Shown here: piece after piece, positions 12,442 through 24,600 of the stretch | How the letters are laid out: the number at the start of each line of letters is the position of its first letter | Numbering within the stretch: the first letter of the stretch is position 1 | Translations under genes and position numbers: made by a program | NCBI GenBank assembly: GCA_002269645.1 | Contig: NIVC01000362.1 | Coordinates: 310,001 to 374,000 of the forward strand | Length of the DNA: 64,000 nt | Direction of reading: 5' to 3' | Origin: Macrostomum lignano | Taxonomy: Eukaryota | Notes under the pieces: model-generated | What the model was told of the DNA's origin: nothing | Seen by the model: the letters and a program-made list of their open reading frames with translations, nothing else | The model's database searches: none

Positions 12442-15400
12442 CTAGCAATCTACGCCCCCCGTTGGGGAGCCAAAGAAATGCAATACACGTTTTTTTAATA
12501 AGCTACATGTATCCTTGAAATCTTAAAAAATCTCCTGTCAAACCTTGTAAGCCTTGACATGTCAGTAATTCCCCCCACAAGCTTTAACATATCAACTTCC
12601 CCCCCCCCCTGACATCTCAGCAATGCCCCCAATAAGCCTTGAAAATCTAAAAATATCTGTCAACCTTCTAACCCTAACCCTAACCCTAACCCTAACCCTA
12701 ACCCTAACCTAACCCTAAAGCATTGAAATTTCAGTAATTCTCTCTAAGAGTCATTATAGCACTACTACAGCATTATAGCGATTCCCTGCAAGCCTCGACA
12801 TCGTAGGGATTCCCAAATGAATCTCTTAACTTCGACATGAAGCTTCTTTTATTTTTTACATTACGCTTTTTTTATCAGCGATCCCTCCCCTGAGGAGGCA
12901 TCAAATAATGTAATAAAAAGTTTTCAATAAACTACATGTAGCTTCTGGCCTTAGCCTTGAAATCTCATTTATACCCCAGTGAGCCTTGACATCTCAGCTA
13001 CTCCCCCCGTAAGCCTTGACATGTCAGCGATGCCCCCCATAAACCTTGAAATCTAAAAAATCCCCTGTTAACCTTGAAACCCGATAAAATATAACCCTCA
13101 ACCCACACCTGACCTAAACCTAACTTTAACCCAACCTAAAGCCTTGAAACCTCAGCAATTCTTCTCCCCTAAGCCTTGACATTTTAGTGATTCCTTCTTT
13201 AAGAATCACAGCACTATAACGATTTCCACCAAGCTTTGACATCCTAGCAATTCCCAAATGAATCTTTTAACTTCGACATGACTTTTCTTTTATGTATGCA
13301 TAGTGCTACTTTTATTTTTTACATGACTCTTCTTCTATCAGCGCCTCCCCCCGTGGCGAGCCAACAAAAAATGCAATAAAAAAATTGAGTAAAGTACATG
13401 AACTTTGAAGTAGCTTCTGACTTTTGCTTTGACATCTCAGAAACGCCCCCATAATCTCAGTTATTCTCTGTGAGCCTTGACGTCTCAGTTTTTCTCCCCA
13501 GCACAGCATTATAGCTGCATTTAATTTTTACATGACACCTTCATGTCTGACATGACGCTTCTTTTATTCTACCATGATGCTTCTTAATTTTTTAAATGAC
13601 ACTTTCATTAGTCTTTAAATGAGGCTTCTATGATTTTTCATGACGCTTCTATGATTTTTACATGATGCTTCTATGATTTTTTATATGACGCTTCTATGAT
13701 TGTTTACATGACGCTTCTATGCTTTTTAGATGACGCTTCTATGATTGTTTATATGACGCTACTATGATTTTTACATGACGCTTCTATGATTTTTACATGA
13801 CGCTTCTATGATTGTTTACATGACGCTTCTATGATTTTTTACATGACGCTTCTATGGTTTTTTATGACGCTTCTATGATTGTTTACATGACGCTTCTATG
13901 ATTGTTTACATGACGCTTCTATGATTTTTACATGGCGCTTCTATGATTGTTTACATGACGCTTCTATGGTCTTTACATGACGCTTCTATGATTTTTTATA
14001 TGACGCTTCTATGATTTTTTTACATGACGCTTCTATGATGGTTTCATGGATGAATGAATAGAATGGATTGCTATTCTGGCTCTGGCTATTTTCGTTTTTG
14101 ACTCTTTTGCATCCGGTTCCCCCGTGCCTTTTCATTGGTTGATGATTGCCATAGACAATTTTCGGCCTTCGCCCCTTTCTTTCGATGCACAAGCGCAAAG
14201 AACTGAGAATTTCAGTTACTTGCAGAGAATATCGAGCGCTCGTAGGTCTTCCCCCTTTATTTCAAAACACGAGCGAAAGCGCTTGTGCATCGAAAGAAAG
14301 GGGCGAAGGCCGAAAATTGTCTATGGCAATCATCAACCAATGAAAAGGCACGGGGGGGAACCGGATGCAAAAGAGTCAAAAACGAAAATAGCCAGAGCCA
14401 GAATAGCAATCCATTCTATTCATTCATCCATGGATGGTTTACATGACGCTTCTATGATTTTTTACATGACGCTTCTATGATTGTTTACATGACGCTTCTA
14501 TGATTTTTATATGACGCTTCTATGATTGTTTACATGACGCTTCGATGATTTTTACATGACGCTTCTATAATTGTTTACATGACGCTTCTATGATTTTTTA
14601 AATGACGCTTCTATAATTGTTTACATGACGCTTCTGTGATTTTTTCATGACACTCCTATGATTTTTTCATGACGCTTCTATGATTGTTTACATGACGCTT
14701 CTATGATTTTTTTAAATGACCCTTTTATGATTTTTAACATGACGCTTCTATGATTGTTTACATGACGCTTCTATGATAGTTTACGTGACGCTTCTATGAT
14801 TTTTTACATGACGCTTCTATGATTGTTTACATGACGCTTCTATGATTTTTATATGACGCTTCTATGATTTTTTACATGACGCTTCTATGATTGTTTACAT
14901 GACGCTTCTATGATTTTTATATGACGCTTCTATGATTGTTTACATGACTCTTCAATGATTTTTTACATGACGCTTCTATGGTTTTTTTATGACGCTTCTA
15001 TGATTTTTTTAAATGACGCTTCTATGAGTTTTATATGACGCTTCTATGCTTTTTACATGACGCTTCTATGATTTTTTACATGACGCTTCTATGATTGTTT
15101 ACATGACGCTTCTATGATTTTTTACATGACGCTTCTATGATTTTTTTAAATGACGCTTCTATGAGTTTTACATGACGCTTCTATGATTGTTTACATGACG
15201 CTTCTATGATTTTTTTAAATGACGCTTCTATGATTGTTTACATGACGCTTCTATGATTTTTATCTGACGCTTCTATGATGGTTTACATGACGCTTCTATG
15301 ATGGTTTACATGACGCTTCTATAATTGTTTACATGACGCTTCTGTGATTTTTTCATGACACTCCTATGATTTTTTCATGACGCTTCTATGATTGTTTACA

Positions 15401-17042
15401 TGATGCTTCTATGATTTTTTTAAATGACCCTTTTATGATTTTTAACATGACGCTTCTATGATTGTTTACATGACGCTTCTATGATAGTTTACGTGACGCT
15501 TCTATGATTTTTTACATGACGCTTCTATGATTGTTTACATGACGCTTCTATGATTGTTTACATGACGCTTCTATGATTTTTTTAAATGACGCTTCTATGA
15601 TTGTTTACATGACGCTTCTATGCTTTTTACATGACGCTTCTATGATGGTTTACATGACGCTTCTATGATGGTTTACATGACGCTTCTATGATTGTTTACA
15701 TGACGCTTCTATGATTGTTTACATGACACTTCTATGATTTTTTACATGACGCTTCTATGATTTTTTACGTGACGCTTCTATGATTTTTTACATGACGCTT
15801 ATATGATTTTTTACATGACGCTTCTATGATTGTTTACATGACGCTTCTATGATTTTTTACATGACGCTTCCATGATTGTTTACATGGCGCTTCTATGATT
15901 TTTACATGACGCTTCTATGATTTTTTACATGACGCTTCTATGATTGTCTACATGACGCTTCTATGCTTTTTCCATGACGCTTGGATGATTGTTTACATGA
16001 CGCTTCTATGATTTTTTCATGACGATTCTATGATTTTTTACATGACGCTTCTATGCTTTAAACATGAGGCTTCTATGATTTTTTACATGACGCTTCTATG
16101 ATTGTTTACATGACGCTTCTATGATTTTTTACATGACGCTTCTATGATTGTTTACATGACGCTTCTATGATTTTTTACATGACGCTTCTATGCTTTTTAC
16201 ATGACGCTTCTATGATTTTAGATGACGCTTCTATGATTTTTAACATGACGCTTCTATGATTGTTTACATGACGCTTCTATGATTGTTTACATGACACTTC
16301 TATGATGGTTTACATGACGCTTCTATGATAGCTTACATGTCGCTTCTATGATGGTTTACATGACGCTTCTATGATTTTTTACATGACGCTTCTATAATTG
16401 TTTACATGACGCTTCTATGATTTTTTACATGACGCCTTTTGTCCTTTATTTGACCTTGAATAAAAGCTTTTAATAAAAAACTTTTCACTACTAAGATTCG
16501 AACCCAGGTCGCTGCATTTGCAGTCCAGTCTGTTCACATCTAGGCTAGCTCTTATCGAATTTTATAAATGAAATTGTAGCACTTATATAATTCAACACTC
16601 ACTCACGAAGCAGTTATGACATAATCAATTTCCCAGGCAAGTCAGTATCAGTCTCTATTAAAGTTGACAATATGGTTACGCAATCTAAATCAAGTCTGGT
16701 GCTACGCTTCCACACTGCATTTTTAATACTGTGACGCAATTCAAGTCGGAGTTACAATTCAGTTATGATGTAATCTATTTCAGAATCAGAATTCAACCAG
16801 TCAGTTTTTTCTCTAGCATTCTTACAATGCATTTCAAGTCGAAAAGTTTGCTTGACCTTTGCAAAAAAGCATGTTTTTCGAATATTTAATCGCTTTAACA
16901 TGGAGCAATTTCTTAGCCAAGATGCATGTACCGTCCCAGGAAAATTTCTGATCGAACAGTGCAAGTTCGAAGAAAATCGGTCCAGCCATTTTTTCTCTAA
17001 TCGATTGCGTACAAACAAACAACTCAATTTTAGTATATAGGA
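12442..17042 (-). mobile_element. Non-autonomous Helitron unit B2
   Basis: CTAG 12442-12445 directly abuts the TC of B1; 5' TC at 17042. (TAACCC)n at 12669-12717; 23 bp minisatellite at ~13545-16438, interrupted by a MITE. Confidence 0.85.
14045..14432. mobile_element. 388 bp MITE with ~152 bp terminal inverted repeats and an 8 bp target-site duplication (hAT- or P-like)
   Basis: Left arm 14045-14196 (CATGGATGAATGAATAGAATGG...) is the reverse complement of right arm 14279-14432, apart from a 2 nt G-run difference. GATGGTTT is duplicated at 14037-14044 and 14433-14440. Confidence 0.92.
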
Positions 17043-18735
17043 CTAGCCATTAGCCCCCCGCTGGGGGGCCTTATAAATGACACCAAGTGGTTTTTATTTT
17101 GGTCCAATGGTAACCATAATTACCATTTCCATTAATCAAAAATTACTTTTTCTCATTTTTGCAAAAGCAAAAACTTATCGGCCAAAAGTTTCCATCCGCC
17201 CAAAACCCTTTTTTTATTAGCACAAGGTGCTTATCTTTTGAAGCACAAACTCAGCACCACTCACCTTAACAACACTTTTCCAAGATTAACACCGCTGCTC
17301 AGATTAGCAACGCTCCTCAGATTAGCACTATTTACCCCCCCCCCCCAGATTAGCACCGCTCCTCAGATTAGCACTACTTCCCCCCCAGATTAGCACCGCT
17401 CCTCAGATTAGCACTACTTCCCCCCAGCTTAGCACCGCTACTCAGATTAGCAATGCTCCTCAGATTAGCACTACTTCCCCCCAGCTTAGCACCGCTACTC
17501 AGATTAGCAATGCTCCTCAGATTAGCACTACTTCCTCCCAGATTAGAACCGCTTCTCAGATTAGCAACGCTCCTCAAATTAGCACTACTTCCCCCCAGAT
17601 TAGCACCGCTCCTCAGATTAGCACTACTTCCCTCTAGATTAGCACCCCTACCCCTAAATTAGCACTCCAGATTAGCAACGCTCCTCAGATTAGCAACGCT
17701 CCTCAGATTAGCACTACTTCCCCCAGATTAGCACTACTCCTCAGATTAGCACTACTTCCCCCCAGATTAGCAACGCTCCTCAGATTAGCAACGCTACTCA
17801 GATTAGCAACGCTCCTCAGATTAGCAACGCTCCTCAGATTAGCAACGCTCCTCAGATTAGCAACGCTCCTCAGATTAGCAACGCTCCTCAGATTAGCACT
17901 ACTTCCCCCCCCAGATTAGCACTACTCCTCAGATTAGCACTACTTCCCCCCAGATTAGCAACGCTCCTCAGATTAGCAACGCTCCTCAGATTAGCACTAC
18001 TTCCCCTAGATTAGCACCCCTACCCCTAAGTTAGCACTCCAGATTAGCAACGCTCCTCAGATTAGCACTACTTCCCCCTAGATTAGCACCCCTACCCCTA
18101 AATTAGCACTCCAGATTAGCAACGCTCCTCAGATTAGCACTACTTCCCCCAAGATTAGCACTACTTCCCCCCCCCAGATTAGCACTTCTCCCCCCAGATT
18201 AGCATCGCTCCTCAGATTAGCACTACTCTCGCCCAGATTAGCACCCCTACCCCTAAATTAGCACTCCACCCAGATTAGCAACACTTTACAAGACTTTGTC
18301 AGTAATGGTCTCTGAAAATTAGCGCATACAATAGACTTGCACTGCTGTAGAAGATTAATGCAGTCTCAGAATAATATAACTAAATGAACATTTCGAAAAA
18401 TCTGCGTCAATCTGCATTGGAGGTGACATCAATGTTGTCACAAGTTATGGGGATAAATTTTCTACTTCAATGCAGACTCGAATTGCCCACCATCTGCTTT
18501 GCCTCTACAACGCGGCTATTTTCGAAGAGAAGCCTTTACTGCTCCCTTGAGAATTCTCATTCATCCCCCCAGCATTCTGCAGTTCTCCAAGCAAATATTT
18601 GAATTTTTAAAGTAAAATCCTTGAAGAATTTTGCAAGTTTAGAAAAAAACGCGATCAAATTTGGTTGAGGCATTCAGTATTAAATGCGTCATTCACAAAC
18701 AGACAAACAAAGGTAGGACTTTTAGTATATTAGAA
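17043..18735 (-). mobile_element. Non-autonomous Helitron unit B3 (second family)
   Basis: CTAG 17043-17046 abuts the TC of B2. Perfect 7 bp hairpin GCCCCCC-GCT-GGGGGGC at 17053-17069. 5' end TTCTAATATACTAAAA at 18735. AGATTAGCA-based 17-19 bp minisatellite at ~17283-18285. Confidence 0.78.
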
Positions 18736-20379
18736 AATTATATATTAGCACTATTTCCCCAGATTAGCACCACTCCCCGGATTAGCACCATTCCCCCAAA
18801 AGTAGCACCACTTCCTTAGATTAGCACCACTCCCCCAGATTAGCACTACTTCCTCCAGATTAGCACCACTCCCCCAGATTAGCACTATTAGCACCACTCC
18901 CCAAAAATTACCACCACTCCCCCAGATCAGCACCACCCCCAGATTAGCACCACTCCCCAAAAATTAGCAGAACTTCCCAAAAATTAGCACAGTTTTATAC
19001 AAAATTAGCACCGCTCCCCCAGATTAGCACCGCTCCTCAGATTAGCATTACTGAGCCCCCAGACTTCCCCCCCCCAGATTAGCACCACTACCCCTAATAA
19101 TTAGCACTCCTCCAGATTAGCACCACTCTTCCAGATTAGTAATGCTCTCTGCAAATTAGCACATACTCACAATAGATTGGCACTGATCTAAAAGATTAAT
19201 GCAGTCCCAGAATAATATCATTCAATGAAAATTTCTAAATTTCAAAGTTATAGGGATACTTTTCAGCTTCAATGCAGACTCCAATTGCCGACCATCTGCT
19301 TTGCCTCTACAACGCGGCTATTTTCGAAGAGAAGCCTATACTATTCCCTCAAGAATTCTCATTCATCCCCAAGCATTCTGCAGTTCTCTTAGCTGGCTCC
19401 TCAGTCTCAGCAAACTTGCAATGATCCTTTCAACAATTTAAAACATTTCTCAGCATTTAGTACGACTCATTAATCAGTGTTCGATACATATCGGCGGACT
19501 TTTGCACAACTCAGGATTTAGCTGTGCCTATGCCTTCAGCAGTTTAGCAGCATTGTCTGCATTTTAGCACTTTCATACTTTAAATGGAGCTAGGCAACAC
19601 CCATTGATGAGATCAGCCAGACTTGAAGCAGTTTTACAAATCAACTTTGCTTAGTGGCTTGTGCCGATTAGCAAAAATAATTCATTGCTTTACTTAATAA
19701 AAAAATTTCCATCGCTATTAATCAATATCAATTGAAAGATGTTCTAATTAGTCCATGCATAAGTTACAAATAAATATAAATTAATTCAAATTTAATTGTT
19801 CGCAGCGAGGTGGATTCGAACCTGGGACCTTACGCCTAGCCTAAACCTAGTGCCTACATGCGGCTACTCCGCCTATTGATGGAAAGGCGAGAAAATCAGC
19901 CATATAAGCTTCGACACTGCAGTCAAATACATAGCAGTGATAGGCTGCTCAGTGCGCAGGCAGAGCCAATGCACAGTTGAGTGAAATCTATAAATAGCAA
20001 TTGTCTATGCAGTCCGCCATTCAGCTAGGGTCAGAGGAATGTACACACAGCCACTGAGCATTTTTTCTCTCCCTTGCACACTGTAGCCAGTATTGAAACT
20101 TAGAGAAAAAAGTTATGGCGCAATCTCAATTGGAGTTTCAATTCAGTCAGTCGAGATTTTGACCTTTTCTAGCCTCCCATTAAAAGCATAGGGAAAACTC
20201 GTTTTTCGAATATTTAATCCACTTAGCACGGAAGCAAATATTTGAAAATTTTTAGGTACAATCCTTGAAAAATTTTGCAGGTTTAGAAAAAAACGCGATC
20301 AAATTTGGTTGAGGCATTCAGTATTAAATGCGTCATTCACAAACAGACAAACAAAGGTAGGACTTTTAGTATATTAGAA
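18736..20379 (-). mobile_element. Helitron unit B4 (same family as B3, lacks 3' hairpin/CTAG)
   Basis: The last ~80 bp (20300-20379) are identical to 18655-18735, and 19165-19385 is homologous to 18330-18585. It has ~850 bp absent from B3, including a tRNA-like segment at 19805-19873. No CTAG at the junction with B3. Confidence 0.7.
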
Positions 20380-20690
20380 TGTTGAATGGTCAAGCCAAAG
20401 TGAGCGAACTCGAATATCGATCTGCCTTATAAAATCACATGTACTTTAAATGTGAGCACATCGAAAATCGGTGCCATTTCGAGCCAGAGTGACGGATCGA
20501 TCTGAAACTGTACATTTATCGGTTTCTGGTTTGCACTTTTTAGTGTATAAAATTTCATGTTGAATGGTTAAGCCAAAGTGAGCGAACTCGAATATCGATC
20601 TGCCTTATAAAATCACATGTATTTTAAATGGGAGCACATCGAAAATCGGTGCCATTTCGAGCCAGAGTGACGGATCGAGCTGAAACTTTA
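20380..20690. repeat. ~178 bp tandem repeat (rest of the interrupted copy plus ~1.6 intact copies)
   Basis: AATATCGATCTGCC recurs at 20413 and 20591. The intact copy reads GTGTATAAAA-TTTCA-TGTTGAATGG at 20543-20567. Confidence 0.9.
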
Positions 20691-21623
20691 TTTTTGCAAT
20701 GTTCTTAGTTGCACTTTTTTCCTTTCAAACGGCGTTCTAAAATATTTTTGCAGAGCAGAGATTTTGTTAGTTTCTGAATATCAATCTGAATATCGATCGG
20801 GAAACAAATGCGTATTTTAGATAGGTATATGCCTATAGCTATTTTTCAGATGTAAATTGAATCTTTGCAGAATAAGAATAATAATGTCAATACCAGAAGT
20901 AATGTCATTTTACTATTAACCTTTCTTCTTTAAAAATATCTAAACTATTTTACCACATCATTTAGCTAGCTCAGTTGGCTATGCAGTGCATGTTGCTTCT
21001 CAGTTCTTATCATAATTGTCTAGTCCCTTGGGCATTGCAAGGCCTAGCTTTGTTTTATCTCTTCATCCTACTTCTTAGCTTGAATGCTAGGCCTATATAT
21101 ATAAGTATCAGGTAAAACCTAATGCTTCTCACTCCCTTAAAAGTGTATAGAATAAGTACTATTTTAGAATGAGTAGGGGGCCTACTATACTCTTAGCATT
21201 ATGCAAAAATGCCCTTGATAAAAAAAATCTCATTTACCCTATGATTATTCTTTACAATTTTTGATAAAATATATTAGCTACATTAGAACTTACTTAAAAA
21301 AGCAAAGTAATACTATCTCAATAAATTTCATTTGTAATAAAATCTTAAACTTTTTTCTACACATATAAAGCTTTTATATTATAGGAAGAATCCAAAAAAT
21401 GACCTAAAATTCTATATAGTATACAACACAGTTTTATTATACAACGCAGTATACAACACAGTTAAATGAATATCTTTTTAAATTATATGCAACTTTTATG
21501 CTTACCACTGCCATTTTAACAAGCTCTTTTTTAGTCTTTGAGCCAAACTTTTTAATATTTCTTGTTCTTTAATATGTCCAAGAAACCAAACCATTGACAC
21601 AATAAAAATTATAATGTATAACA

Positions 21624-21646
21624 TACTAACAGCTTCATCATTTCAG
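21624..21646 (+). promoter_or_regulatory. Branch point and 3' splice acceptor just upstream of the LRAT-domain ORF
   Basis: TACTAAC (21624-21630) and TTTCAG (21641-21646), 8 nt before the ATG at 21655. This indicates a 5'UTR intron or a trans-splice site. Confidence 0.6.
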
Positions 21647-21654
21647 AGTTCAAA

Positions 21655-24600
21655 ATGGCAATCAGCTTGCAGAAGCAGACACATCAACCAGAGCTTCAAC
21701 AACTCCAGCAGAGTGGAGACGAGGCTGTAGAGGAGTTGAACACGATACTCAAGGAATATCACGTGATAACCGAAGGCGATCAGGAACTGTTCAACCAGCA
21801 CAAAGATGACAGAAAGGTCCGACTCACTCAGGAGAACATGCACAAGCTGAAGCCAGGAGACGTGGTCGAGCTTCGCTATTACACTCTGGTGCACTTCATT
21901 GTGGTTGAGGGCGTCAGGATTCTGCCGGATACCCCAGCCGACTTTATCATAATCGACGCCATTCACTACGGTCGGCCGAACTTGCTCACACCGAACAGGA
22001 TCATCAGAGAGAAATTCAGCCTGAGACTCAACACAGAAAAGTGCTGGCTTCAAGTGTTTCCTCCCGCCAGCTGCTACCCGTCTCAGACAGTGCTGCAGAG
22101 AGCTCGGAGTAGACTCAATGAAGAAGAGCACAACGGAATCTCCAACAATGCGACAATGTTTGCCTTGTGGTGCAAGGTCGAATCAACAACTCACCGTCCG
22201 AGCTGTCGGGTTCCAATCTACCTGTCAAATAAGCATCCCACTCATACTGTCAAAGAAGGTGATCATATCGATATTGAATGTTCAGTTGGTAAAGCTTCTG
22301 AGATTCATGCAGAGGTCACAGGTGTTGAACAGGTCCTTGATGATTCGTATCTGGTTACAATTGTAACCCGAGAAGCAGCCTGGATTCCATATGTTCACGA
22401 GTGTGAGCACGTGCTCACAGAGCCCGTCAGTCGGGTGATTTCAATGACGGACAAGAAAGAGATCGTCGAGCTGAGTGATCGAACTCAATTTTTGGACCGG
22501 GTTCTTTATCCGGTGTCCAAGCAGTCGAGTTTATCGTTTTGCTCGCTACTGCTGAGTGCTGAGCACCAAGGCGATGAGTGGCAACGAGCTGCTCTGCAAG
22601 GTCCAGTGAAAAAGTGTGAACCCAGAGTGTTGACTGGGAAACAAAATCCTAGCCTCTTAAAGCCAGGTGACATCATTCACTTGAACGGCGTGTACCGAGT
22701 GGTCACTGATGTGAGAGCAGTTGAGTCGGGCATTCGAGTCCGCACCGTGCAGTACTGCCCAGGGCCAGATTCCACCGACAGTGGCGAACTGATGGAGCTT
22801 AAGTGCCGGATTCTAAAACAAGAAAAACGCATTTCGCTGTGCGTTCACAACGAAGTTCACCAGGATTGTGAGCTGTACGGAGGAGGTCGTGAGAAGCCCA
22901 GCTACACAGCCACAAGGGTTACAGATATTAAGCAAGTAAAAAAAGGCTGTGTGATAAGCCTTCGGAATGAGTATAGTTTCTTCAAGCATGCAGTAGTTAT
23001 AGAAACTTTTTCTGAAGAGGCAAAAACTACTCGACTTGTAGAGAACCCAAATCGAAGGCCAAACGCAGGTGATGAAGATGTGGCAGAGTCTCCGATTCCA
23101 ACCGCTTTGACGGATCACGCGAATATTGAAAGCCGTGCAGAGCAGGCTAGAATGGGCGAAGAAGAGGCAGCTGTAGAAAATGATACCGGTACAAAACTTG
23201 TCTGCAAATTGATGTCATTCGTGTTGAGTCTTTCTATCTCAACCCAACAGTTCCAATTAAAAACCCATTGTATGGAAATTGATATTGATGAGCAAAGCAA
23301 GCAGGATGTACACCTCATCGATTACAATGTCGAAGCAAGCAGAAAGTTCTCGCCCGACAAGGTCGTCAAAAGAGCGTTGTCAAGACTTGGTGAGCGAGAG
23401 CACGACTTTCTGTGGAACAGTGATCGCGACTTCGCCAGGTGGTGCAGCATTGAGCACGGAAGCAACCGAGAGCAATGCCGCATCGACATCGAGTGTGCAA
23501 AGGACTTGGTGAACTTCGGTAGAGGTCACATCAAGTTTCTCAAGAGTCCAAACTTGTACACACACGATGCGATCATGCGAGAGTGCAGTAAGTTTGAAGA
23601 TTCCGACGACATAGTAAAGGTTCGCTTGTACGAGAACAATCACCAGTTCAGGACCGTCAGGAAGGAAGTCTTGGTCATCAGTCAGCAGGAGACAGTTCTG
23701 AGAGTAAACTACGATGGGTTCAGACGGTCTGAATCAGTCATGCCTGACAGCAAAGTCATCGATCAGCTCACGGACTGCACCTTTTTGAACGCGGATGATG
23801 ACAGGTACGGTTGGACAGGGAAGGAAGTGAAGTATGACAGCAAAGTCACCAGCCACGACTTCTGCCACTGGCTGAAGTGCAAGAGACAAGGCAAAAGTCT
23901 TGGCGATATTGCAGAACTTTTTGATGCTAAACTTGAAAAAATTCAAAAAGATGCTGCTAGGCTTGATGAGTTGGGTTTTGTGAGTTTGGAGCAAGGCAAA
24001 ATTTCTCAAGAATGCGTGCTGAGGGTTTCCAGTTTGAGGCAGTTTGATCACATTGTGCTGGACCGTAAGGTGCAAGGCAAAGTGACCAAGGTGCACTTCA
24101 TTCTTGTCGAATGGGATGCAGAGTCGTGCACAGGTGTAGGCGTGACTTATGAAGCTCCAGCTGAGAATGTGGAGATGGGATTCAACGAGTTCAATGGATT
24201 TCTTCGAGTGACTGGACCGGGTCAGCTGAAGAAGGTGGTGCACAACACTGAGCTTGACTGGGAGAAGATTGATGCCAAGTTCAAGGACTGTCAAGGCGCA
24301 AGGAACTACGATCTGCTGTTTAATAACTGTGAGCACTTTGTGAACTTTCTGATCTACGGCCGATTCACGAGTCTTCAGCTCAGCGACTGGGCGCTGAGGG
24401 CGACGTCCGCTTTTCCTTCCTTCGCTGTGTCGTTCTTCAAGGGCATCGGAAAGTTCGCAAATTTAATCAACCGAGTTATTCAGTTCTTTGCAGACATTAC
24501 CCCAGCCGTTCCTGATGGCAAAACATTCTGGAGTGAAGGCTTGGGTCTCGTTTTTATCATTGGCTTCAGTGCCTTGGAAGCTGCTGTTTTGAAATTCCGC

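Noticed and set aside
1470-12717. TAACCC tracts as a real chromosome end
   Set aside because: Short, degenerate, internal and embedded in Helitron units.
13986-14480. Mirror-image ORFs 13986-14198 (-) and 14124-14480 (+)
   Set aside because: Artefact of the MITE's long inverted repeats.
2880-16438. CRISPR-like appearance of the 23 bp arrays
   Set aside because: Units are contiguous with no unique spacers, there are no cas genes, and the context is eukaryotic.
4480-17040. Recurrent short ORFs in the conserved Helitron 5' region (4480-4774, 8303-8637, 12144-12448, 16752-17040)
   Set aside because: Open on both strands, with variable starts and stops between copies and no Rep/helicase motifs. 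They recur only because the DNA is repeated.
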